Assembly (NCBI RefSeq): GCF_008369165.1
Contig: NZ_VOBA01000001.1
Span: 1,147,630 to 1,171,629, forward strand
DNA length: 24,000 bases
Direction of reading: 5' to 3'
Origin: Dietzia sp. ANT_WB102
Lineage (GTDB): Bacteria; Actinomycetota; Actinomycetes; Mycobacteriales; Mycobacteriaceae
Of this stretch, positions 16,957 through 24,000 are shown piece by piece; within the stretch, counting starts at the first letter, position 1; each line of letters opens with the position of its first letter. The notes beneath the pieces are model-generated. The model was not told the origin of the DNA, ran no database searches, and worked only from the letters and a program-made list of their open reading frames with translations. Both the position numbers and the translations under genes were made by a program.

Positions 16957-18000
16957 ATGCCCATCGCAACTCCCGAACAGTACAAGGACATGCTCGACCG
17001 GGCCCGCAACGAGGGCTTCGCCTACCCGGCGATCAACTGCACGTCCTCGGAGACCATCAACGCGGCCATCAAGGGCTTCGCCGATGCCGGGTCCGACGGC
17101 ATCATCCAGTTCTCCACCGGTGGCTCCGAGTTCGGCTCCGGCCTGAACGTCAAGGACATGGTCACCGGCGCGGTGGCGCTCGCCGAGTTCGCGCATGTCG
17201 TGGCGGCGAAGTACGACATCCTCGTCGCGCTGCACACCGACCACTGCCCCGAGGACAAGCTCGACTCCTTCGTCCGCCCGCTCATCGAGATCTCGCAGGA
17301 GCGCGTGGACCGCGGTGAGAACCCGCTGTTCCAGTCGCACATGTGGGATGGCTCGGCCACTCCGCTCGACCGCAACCTCGAGATCGCCAAGGAGCTCCTC
17401 GAGAAGACAGCCAACGCCAAGCAGATCCTCGAGATCGAGATCGGCGTCGTCGGCGGTGAGGAGGACGGCGTGGAGAACGAGATCAACGAGAAGCTCTACA
17501 CCACACGCGAGGACTTCGAGGCCACCGTCGACGCCCTGGGTGCGGGCAATACCGGTCAGCGGTACCTGCTGGCTGCGACCTTCGGCAACGTCCACGGCGT
17601 CTACAAGCCGGGCAACGTCAAGCTCAAGCCCGAGGTGCTCAAGATGGGCCAGGAAGTCGCCATCTCCAAGCTCGGCCTGAACGAGGGCGACCTGCCGTTC
17701 GACTTCGTCTTCCACGGCGGCTCGGGCTCAGCCAAGAGCGAGATCGAGGAGGCGCTGTCCTACGGCGTCATCAAGATGAACGTCGATACTGATACGCAGT
17801 ACGCGTTCTCCCGGCCGATCGCCAACCACATGTTCTCCAACTACGACGGCGTGCTCAAGGTCGACGGCGACGTGGGAAACAAGAAGGTCTACGACCCGCG
17901 CTCGTACCTCAAGAAGGCCGAGCAGTCCATGTCCGAGCGCGTCGTCGAGGCGTGCAACGACCTGAAGTCGGCCGGCAAGTCCAAGGGCGCCTCCGCCTGA
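16957..18000 (+). CDS. fba: Class II fructose-1,6-bisphosphate aldolase
   Basis: The SD GGAGGA at 16945-16950 precedes ATG 16957. The N-terminus MPIATPEQYKDMLDRARNEGFAYPAINCTSSETINAAIKGFADAGSDGIIQFSTGG is nearly identical to mycobacterial Fba. The HTDHC metal site and EIEIGVVGGEEDGV are present. Confidence 0.97.
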   Translation: MPIATPEQYKDMLDRARNEGFAYPAINCTSSETINAAIKGFADAGSDGIIQFSTGGSEFGSGLNVKDMVTGAVALAEFAHVVAAKYDILVALHTDHCPEDKLDSFVRPLIEISQERVDRGENPLFQSHMWDGSATPLDRNLEIAKELLEKTANAKQILEIEIGVVGGEEDGVENEINEKLYTTREDFEATVDALGAGNTGQRYLLAATFGNVHGVYKPGNVKLKPEVLKMGQEVAISKLGLNEGDLPFDFVFHGGSGSAKSEIEEALSYGVIKMNVDTDTQYAFSRPIANHMFSNYDGVLKVDGDVGNKKVYDPRSYLKKAEQSMSERVVEACNDLKSAGKSKGASA

Positions 18001-18068
18001 CAAGACCACTGCTTGACATGACCACGGTTTAACCCCGGCTCCAGCCCGGGGTAGCTAGGCCCCCTGAA

Positions 18069-18102
18069 CAGCGGCGTCCCACCATGTGGAGGGACGCCGC
18101 TG
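18069..18102. terminator. Hairpin between convergent fba and the 202-aa membrane protein gene
   Basis: A 12-bp stem, CAGCGGCGTCCC / GGGACGCCGCTG, encloses a 10-nt loop. It is located between the stops at 18000 (+) and 18158 (-). Confidence 0.6.
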
Positions 18103-18157
18103 CCGCATGCTTGTGGTGCGATCGACCCCCGACACAGAAGACCGGCGGTGGGGTGGC

Positions 18158-18766
18158 TCAGCCCGGCTGCTGGTCCTGCGGGACCGACCCCATGCCCACG
18201 CCCGGCTGGCACATCTTCCACGCGCCGTCCTCATTGCGCATCCGCACCTGCTCCGGGCCCGAGCCATCGGACCCTGACTCGAGCGTCGCGGTGGCCTCGG
18301 ACCCGTCGTCGGAGATCTCCACCCTGAGGACCCGCAGATCCTGGGGGAACGATCCCGCGATCGACTCGCGGAACATCGAGTCGACGTCAGCGCCCGTCGC
18401 CTCGCTCGACGAAGTGATGGTGTCCACGAGCTCCTGCGGGACCCGGTTCTCGGCGCACATATGACCGTTGAACTCGGCGAACGACTCTGCGGAACTCATC
18501 TGCTTCAACGTCTGCTCGACATGCCGCTCGGCCCTCGCGGACGACGACAGTGGGCCCGCGAGGAAGATCCACGCGATCGCGGCGATCACGAGGAGCACCA
18601 CGACCACGGCCGCCGTCAGCACACCGCCACGACCGCCACGACCGCCGAGCCGGTCTCGACCGTGGCGCGGGCCACTGCCCGGACGTGCCCCACCCTCCGG
18701 GCCCCCGCCCGGCTGTCCCGCGGGATTCGGCTCCCCGGCGGTCGGCTGCTGGCTCGTCGTCGACAT
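18158..18766 (-). CDS. Membrane-anchored hypothetical protein (202 aa)
   Basis: An ATG start is followed by a Gly/Pro/Arg-rich N-terminal tail and a single TM helix (VLTAAVVVVLLVIAAIAWIFLAG). The extracytoplasmic domain has two Cys (HMCAEN, WKMCQPG). Its position next to fba resembles the conserved membrane protein gene beside fba in mycobacteria, as I recall it. Confidence 0.75.
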   Translation of the reverse strand: MSTTSQQPTAGEPNPAGQPGGGPEGGARPGSGPRHGRDRLGGRGGRGGVLTAAVVVVLLVIAAIAWIFLAGPLSSSARAERHVEQTLKQMSSAESFAEFNGHMCAENRVPQELVDTITSSSEATGADVDSMFRESIAGSFPQDLRVLRVEISDDGSEATATLESGSDGSGPEQVRMRNEDGAWKMCQPGVGMGSVPQDQQPG

Positions 18767-18883
18767 CTACTACCCCCGGTGCGCGTCGCCGGCCCCGGAC
18801 GGGCCGCGTCGACCCGCCACCGTAGCGGACCGGCCTGTGATTGCGAGTGCGCAGGGGCGTCGCCGCAGGAGCCGCCCGTCGGA

Positions 18884-20623
18884 TCAGGGCAGCAGGCCGG
18901 CGGGCTCCAGCTGGTTTGTGCCGTGCCGCGTGCGCCAACTGGCCATCGGGTACGCGCCACTGTTCGGGTCTTCGCGTGCAACCAGGGCCCAGTAGTCGGC
19001 GTGCGCGTAGTCGGCGGTGAACTCGACAATGGTGAAGCCGTGGCGATCGAGGTCGGTCCACCGGATGTGCCGGTTCACTCCGGTCAGCGCGCCCTGGGCG
19101 CTCTGCGAGAGCGCGTTGCCTTCGGGGAGTCCCACCATGTCGTTGATGTTGTTGCTCGTGATGGACGGGGTGACGAACTCGACCGCGCCGGTGCCGGCCC
19201 CCGGGTAGTCAGCCGGCTCGAACGGCACCTCGTTGGCCCACGCCGTGTGGATGTCGCCGGTGAGGAAGACATGGTTGCGGTTGCCGGTGGCGCGGATGAC
19301 CTCGAGGAGGCGGCGGCGCTCACCGGCGTAACCGTCCCACTGGTCGGAGTTGTACGTGATGCCGTCGCGCGGCACGCCCAGGAGCTCGGTCAGCGCGCCT
19401 GTCGTGCGTGGGTCCAGCGGCGGTATGAGTACGGGCGAGACCATCACCGAGTTGCCGATGACGTTCCAGCGGGCCGTTGACGAGTTCAGTCCGCGGGACA
19501 GCCAGTCGAACTGCTCTGCGCCTGTCATCGTGTTTGTGTGATCGATCGCGTGGCCGTCGAGACGGCCCGGTCCCTCGGAGCGGTAGGAACGCAGGTCGAG
19601 CATGCTGATCTCAGCCAACGCCCCCCAGCGCAGGCGCCGGTACAGGTGTCCGCCGTCGCGCAGGGACTCCGGCCGGACCGGCATCCACTCGAAGTACGCC
19701 TGCGAGGAGGCGGCCTTGCGATCGGAGTACGGGCCCTCGTGCGGCTGGTGGTTCTCGGCCCCGTTTTCCCACGAGTCGTTGGCCACCTCGTGGTCGTCCC
19801 ACGTGCAGATCCAGGGCACGTGAGCGTGCAGGGACTGCAGATCAACGTCGGTGTGGTACTGCGCCAACCGGATCCGGTAGTCGGCCAGCGTCACGATCTC
19901 GTGTGGCGGGTCGTGCGGGCGGACCGCCCCGGCGGCGGCGGTGTACTCGCCCCGGCCATATTCGTAGATGTAGTCGCCCAACTCGATGATCGCGTCCAGG
20001 TCTCCGCGCGCCTCAAGGTGGCGGTAGCCGGAGAAGTAGCCAGCCTCCCAGTTGGAGCACGATACGACGCCAATGCGCCAGCGGCCCGTGGCCGGCATGG
20101 CGCCGTCTGCGGGCGCGGTGCGGGTCCGACCGGAGCGGGAGACCTCGCCGAGCGCGCGGAAACGGTAGTGGTACCACCGGTCGGGGGCCAGGCCGGTGCA
20201 GTCGAACTTGACGGTGTGGTCGCGGCCGGCGTCCGTGACGAGGGAACCGGTGCGGACGATGGTGGTGAAGCCTGGGTCGGTGGCGACCTCCCAGGCGACG
20301 ACGACGGGGTCGCCGACCCCGGAGCCGGGGGCCGCTTCCGGGGTGGGCGTGACCCGGGTCCACAGGATGACACGGTCCGGCATCGGGTCGCCCGAGGCCA
20401 CACCGTGCCGGAAGACGGTGCCAGCCCCGCCGCCAGCCGTGCCCGCGACGGCGCCGGCCCCAGCAACGGCGGAGTGACCCGCCAAGGAGCTGGCCCCCAC
20501 CGCGGCACCGGCGAGCGCTCCGGCTTTGAGGAGGGAGCGCCGGCCGATGCCGACGGGGGGTCGGGCAGCGCCGGCACGGGCGGGCCCGGGGGACGCGGAT
20601 GAGGAGGCATAAGACGCGGTCAC
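18884..20623 (-). CDS. phoD: Tat-exported alkaline phosphatase/phosphodiesterase PhoD
   Basis: The twin-arginine signal is GIGRRSLLKAGALAGAAVGASS. PhoD-type metallophosphatase blocks are HGVASGDP, ELGDYIYEY, TWDDHEVANDSW and FLTGDIH. The start is GTG. Confidence 0.92.
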   Translation of the reverse strand: MTASYASSSASPGPARAGAARPPVGIGRRSLLKAGALAGAAVGASSLAGHSAVAGAGAVAGTAGGGAGTVFRHGVASGDPMPDRVILWTRVTPTPEAAPGSGVGDPVVVAWEVATDPGFTTIVRTGSLVTDAGRDHTVKFDCTGLAPDRWYHYRFRALGEVSRSGRTRTAPADGAMPATGRWRIGVVSCSNWEAGYFSGYRHLEARGDLDAIIELGDYIYEYGRGEYTAAAGAVRPHDPPHEIVTLADYRIRLAQYHTDVDLQSLHAHVPWICTWDDHEVANDSWENGAENHQPHEGPYSDRKAASSQAYFEWMPVRPESLRDGGHLYRRLRWGALAEISMLDLRSYRSEGPGRLDGHAIDHTNTMTGAEQFDWLSRGLNSSTARWNVIGNSVMVSPVLIPPLDPRTTGALTELLGVPRDGITYNSDQWDGYAGERRRLLEVIRATGNRNHVFLTGDIHTAWANEVPFEPADYPGAGTGAVEFVTPSITSNNINDMVGLPEGNALSQSAQGALTGVNRHIRWTDLDRHGFTIVEFTADYAHADYWALVAREDPNSGAYPMASWRTRHGTNQLEPAGLLP

Positions 20624-20686
20624 GCGTCCAGAATGGCTTCTCCGGGGATGCCTCGGCAGGGGATTCGCGGAGACGTCACCGAGTGT

Positions 20687-22108
20687 TCATTCTCCGGCGA
20701 CCGGGGAGTCCTGCCCCACTGCGGTGTCGACGCCCTCCACGAGCTCCTCGATCTCCGTCTTGGCCGGCGTCGAGAGATACCGCTCGAGCGTGTCGTCCAG
20801 CTCCTGCAACCACGGGGTGTGGTGGGTGGCGGCCATCGTTCCTGTCATGACGGATCGGTGCGGCTTGTCCCGGTAGGTCAGGATGTTCTTCTGCTTGTCT
20901 TCCTTCCAGTCCAGGAAAATCCGTACGACCTCGTCGAGGTCGAACATCGGGTAGTCCGTGGCCTCGATGAGGTCCCTGATGTAGTCGGCCTGGAAACGCA
21001 CGTCGTCGGCGTCCCCGTCCAGCTCCTGGAATCGGGCACGCCAGGTCCGCATGTGCGCCACGCGTTGCTCGGCGGACGGCAACTTGGCCCGGCCCATGAT
21101 GAGATCGCGGACATACCAAGCCTGGGCGTCGAACATGTTGAAGGTGAACCACTGGTCCTGCGCGCCCAGGTAGTAGACCTTCGGGTTCTTCTGCCACACC
21201 ACGCCGCGGTACAGGCCCGCCGGGTAGATGTTGTTGGGCGACTGCAGCGCCAGATCCGCGGGCAGGAACGGGTACTTGTGCAGGTATCCGGTGCACAGGA
21301 TCACGGCGTCGAACTCGCGGGTCTGGCCGTCGGTGAAGTGGACGGTGCGGCCGTCGAACCGCTGGACGAGCGGCAACTCTTCCATCCCGTCCGGCCAGTC
21401 ATAACCCATGGGAGCGGTGCGGTAGGAAAGCGTCACCGAGCGGGCCCCCATCTTGAAGGCCTGCACGCCGATGTCCTCGGCGGAGTAGGAGGCGCCGATC
21501 AGCAGCACACTCTTGTCCGCCAGATCCTCGGCCCCGCGGAAGTCGTGGGCGTGGCGGACCGAACCGGTGAACGTCTCGATCCCCTTGAAGTCCGGGATGT
21601 TCGGGTAGGAGAAGTGGCCGGTGGACACGATGATCCGGTCGAACTCCGACGAGGTGGTCTTGCCGGACTTGAGGTTCTCCACGGTGACGGTGAAGGTGTC
21701 CAGTTCGCGGTCGTAGTCCACCCAGCGGACGGCGGTGGAGAACTGGACCTTGTTCTTGACACTGTAGTTGCGGACACGGCCGTCGATGTAGTCCCACAGG
21801 ACCTCACGCGGCGGATACGAGGAGATGGGCCTGCCGAAGTGCTCGTCGAACGTGTACTCGGCAAACTCGAGGGCCTCCTTGGGGCCGTTTGACCACAGGT
21901 TGCGGTACATGGAGGAGTGGACCGGCTCGCCGTACTTGTCCATGCCGGAGCGCCAGTCGTAGTTCCACTGGCCGCCCCAGTCGTCCTGCTTCTCGTAGGC
22001 CACGATCTCGGGGATCTTCGCCCCGGAACGCTGGGCCGATTCGAACGCCCGGAGGGCCGCCATCCCGCTCGGTCCGGCTCCGATGATCGCAATACGCTGT
22101 CTTGACAC
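20687..22108 (-). CDS. Flavin-containing monooxygenase (bacterial FMO, trimethylamine-monooxygenase-like)
   Basis: The FAD motif is IIGAGPSG. The FMO-identifying motif FxGxxxHxxxF appears as FTGSVRHAHDF. The NADPH motif is GASYSAED, and CTGY is present. The N-terminal block EKQDDWGGQWNY...GEPVHSSMYRNLWSNGPKE resembles Tmm-type FMOs. I place the start at GTG 22108 (VSRQRIAII), preceded by GGAAGGA, rather than the track start at 22156. Confidence 0.9.
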   Translation of the reverse strand: MSRQRIAIIGAGPSGMAALRAFESAQRSGAKIPEIVAYEKQDDWGGQWNYDWRSGMDKYGEPVHSSMYRNLWSNGPKEALEFAEYTFDEHFGRPISSYPPREVLWDYIDGRVRNYSVKNKVQFSTAVRWVDYDRELDTFTVTVENLKSGKTTSSEFDRIIVSTGHFSYPNIPDFKGIETFTGSVRHAHDFRGAEDLADKSVLLIGASYSAEDIGVQAFKMGARSVTLSYRTAPMGYDWPDGMEELPLVQRFDGRTVHFTDGQTREFDAVILCTGYLHKYPFLPADLALQSPNNIYPAGLYRGVVWQKNPKVYYLGAQDQWFTFNMFDAQAWYVRDLIMGRAKLPSAEQRVAHMRTWRARFQELDGDADDVRFQADYIRDLIEATDYPMFDLDEVVRIFLDWKEDKQKNILTYRDKPHRSVMTGTMAATHHTPWLQELDDTLERYLSTPAKTEIEELVEGVDTAVGQDSPVAGE

Positions 22109-22337
22109 AGATTTCCTTCCGGCCGACGTGCGGCCTGTAGCTACTCCAAACGGCACCGGTGGAAGCTCGGCCGACGCGATGATGTGACCACGCGTTACGG
22201 GGCCTCGACACCGGGACCACGATCGCTCTGAAGGGGCGTTTCATGACTGCCCGCGACAAGCGCACGGCGCCCCCTCAGGGGCGCCGCATGCCCTCCACCA
22301 TAGCAAACGGGGCCGGGGGAGGCGTTGAGGTGAATTC

Positions 22338-22769
22338 GTGGACAATGGGGCCATGACCCAGTTCGGAGATCTTCTCGGCCCCCCGCCCACGCGTCTGACC
22401 GGTGACCCGGAGGCGGAAGACGCCCTCGCCGCAGGGGAGGATCCCCGCACGGTGGCGGCCTCGCACCCGACCGCCTCGATCGCGTGGGCTGAGTTGGCCG
22501 AGCGCGCACTCGATGCCGACGACGCGGTGAGCGCATATGCGTTCGCCCGCACCGGCTACCACCGCGGCCTGGACCAGCTTCGTCGTCACGGCTGGAAGGG
22601 CTTCGGCCCCGTGCCCTACGACCACGAGCCCAACCGGGGCTTCCTACGGGCGGTCGCCGCGCTCGCCCGCGCCGCGCAGGCGATCGGCGAAGATGACGAG
22701 TACATCCGCTGTCTGGACCTGGTCAATGAGTCAGACCCGCACGCCGCCGCGTCTCTCGGCCTGGCGTGA
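22338..22769 (+). CDS. DUF3151-family conserved actinobacterial protein (143 aa)
   Basis: The block AYAFARTGYHRGLDQLRRHGWKGFGPVPYDHEPNRGFLRAVAALARAA is, to my recollection, the DUF3151 signature (the M. tuberculosis Rv0360c family). The start is GTG 22338, preceded by GAGGTG, or alternatively ATG 22353. Confidence 0.8.
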   Translation: MDNGAMTQFGDLLGPPPTRLTGDPEAEDALAAGEDPRTVAASHPTASIAWAELAERALDADDAVSAYAFARTGYHRGLDQLRRHGWKGFGPVPYDHEPNRGFLRAVAALARAAQAIGEDDEYIRCLDLVNESDPHAAASLGLA

Positions 22770-24000
22770 CCGCCTAGACGCCCGTGCACTGGGCGTCTAC
22801 GCGGCGCTACCGGTTCCGCTGAGAGCGCGGACCCGGCGACTGGCGTACGCGTTCCTGCCGATCCTGCAGTGCGGGCTGGCGGCCGGGATCGCATGGTTCA
22901 TCGCCAATGACCTCCTTGAGCACGCGCGTCCGTTCTTCGCCCCCGTTGCCGCGGCGATCGCGTTGGGTACCGGGATGGGACCTCGACTGCGCCGCGGAGT
23001 CGAGTTGGTGTTCGGCGTGGTCGTGGGTGTCGGGCTCGGGGACCTGCTCATCGGTCAGATCGGCTCGGGCTCGTGGCAGATCATGGTGGTCGTGGTGATC
23101 GCCATGTCGGTCGCCGTGTTCCTCGACCGCGGCCCGCTCGTGGGGTCGCAGGCCGCGTCCTCGGCGATACTCGTGGCGACCCTGCTCCCACCGGGTAGCG
23201 CCGAGGGGTACGACCGCATGGTCGACGCCGCAGTCGGCGGTGTGGTGGCGATCGCCGCGATGGCACTCATACCCGTGCATCCGCTGCGCCGCGCCCGGCG
23301 CGAGGCGGCGTCGCTGCTGGGGGTGGCGTCGTCGGTGCTGGCGGAGGTGTCGCACGGACTGGAGCAGCGGGACTCACAGGTGATCCGCGCCGCTTTGCAG
23401 GACGCACGCGACACCCAGCCTGCGATCGATGCGATTGAAGAGCAGCTCGCCGGGGCCCGCGAGCTGGTACGCATCTCGCCCTTCTATAGTCGCCGGCGAC
23501 CAGAGGAAGTCGAGCTCTCACGCGTGCTCAACCCGCTCGACAACGGCATCCGGAACATCCGGGTGTTGGCGCGGCGCGCGATCGTGGCGGTGGACGACCA
23601 GGTGGACGTACCGCCCGCGCTGAGCTCGCTCATCGGCACGTTGGGCCACTCGATCGAAGTGCTGGCGCGCCGGATGATCGCGGACTCCGACGCTCCCTCG
23701 GCGGCTGAGGTGCACCGCGAGCTACGCGCGGTCTCGGCGCGGGCGAAGCGTGAACTCGTGGCCGGCTCGGGTCTGACCGAGACGGTGATGCTCGCCCAGA
23801 TCCGATCGATTCTGGTGGACCTGCTGCAGGTGGCGGGTCTGAGCAAGATCTCAGCCCTGGCTGCACTGCCGCCGACGGTGCGCACTCCTGCAGTGGCTCC
23901 AGAATTGTTGGAGGAGTGGCCGGACTCGCCGGATCGGCCCACTCCGATGATGCCGCCGCTCAGGGCGACACGAGCCTCCATGGCTCGGTATGACGGTAGA
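22726..24000 (+). CDS. FUSC / aromatic-acid-exporter (ArAE)-like integral membrane protein, 3'-truncated by window edge
   Basis: This ORF is missing from the track because it has no stop in the window. I translated the frame by hand: MSQTRTPPRLSAWRDRLDARALGVYAALPVPLRARTRRLAYAFLPILQCGLAAGIAWFIANDLLEHARPFFAPVAAAIALGTGMGPRLRRGVELVFGVVVGVGLGDLLIGQIGSGSWQIMVVVVIAMSVAVF... This is followed by a long helical soluble part. The pattern (LAW.IA....P.FAP.AA.I) is typical of the family. The ATG at 22726 is the first start in frame and overlaps the DUF3151 3' end by 44 nt, so the start is uncertain. Confidence 0.78.
   Translation, partial: MSQTRTPPRLSAWRDRLDARALGVYAALPVPLRARTRRLAYAFLPILQCGLAAGIAWFIANDLLEHARPFFAPVAAAIALGTGMGPRLRRGVELVFGVVVGVGLGDLLIGQIGSGSWQIMVVVVIAMSVAVFLDRGPLVGSQAASSAILVATLLPPGSAEGYDRMVDAAVGGVVAIAAMALIPVHPLRRARREAASLLGVASSVLAEVSHGLEQRDSQVIRAALQDARDTQPAIDAIEEQLAGARELVRISPFYSRRRPEEVELSRVLNPLDNGIRNIRVLARRAIVAVDDQVDVPPALSSLIGTLGHSIEVLARRMIADSDAPSAAEVHRELRAVSARAKRELVAGSGLTETVMLAQIRSILVDLLQVAGLSKISALAALPPTVRTPAVAPELLEEWPDSPDRPTPMMPPLRATRASMARYDGR

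Noticed and set aside
16768-17715. 315-aa minus-strand ORF opposite fba
   Set aside because: fba is near-identical to mycobacterial Fba. The antisense translation is a low-information Leu/Val/Asp/Gly pattern.
19538-21892. 354-aa and 419-aa plus-strand ORFs opposite phoD and the FMO gene
   Set aside because: Both minus-strand genes have complete catalytic motif sets, so the plus-strand ORFs are shadows.

Overview
The window is high-GC (roughly 68-70% by eye) actinobacterial chromosome. The gene content and order (clpB, rhodanese, pyrE, SpoU/TrmH methyltransferase, DedA, class II fructose-bisphosphate aldolase, DUF3151) match what I recall of the conserved Corynebacteriales block, M. tuberculosis Rv0384c to Rv0360c and the C. 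glutamicum clpB-sseA1-pyrE-fda region. Most of it is ordinary housekeeping DNA. I see no rRNA, tRNA, CRISPR array, transposase, integrase or recognisable defence system, so I cannot support a claim of a new multi-gene system. The least ordinary part is 7.9-12.0 kb. It holds three tandem paralogous genes for small secreted two-cysteine proteins plus a divergently transcribed 397-aa secreted protein. All four carry a C-terminal Gly/Ser/Leu tail (GSLGS-type), I recognise no domain in any of them, and they sit behind an AT-rich divergent control region. Other points worth a second look:
- A 720-bp gene-free gap after clpB contains a perfect CRP/GlxR palindrome, TGTGA-CG-TA-AA-TCACA.
- An HspR (HAIR) operator lies upstream of clpB and overlaps a possible SigH-type promoter.
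- A 720-aa membrane-anchored protein is extremely acidic and low in complexity.
- Four genes (pyrE, YhhN-like, SDR, TrmH) are joined by three identical GTGA overlaps.
- Two edge-truncated CDSs are absent from the ORF track: 1..76 on the minus strand and 22726..24000 on the plus strand.
The many long ORFs antisense to real genes are the usual high-GC shadow ORFs, and I rejected them.
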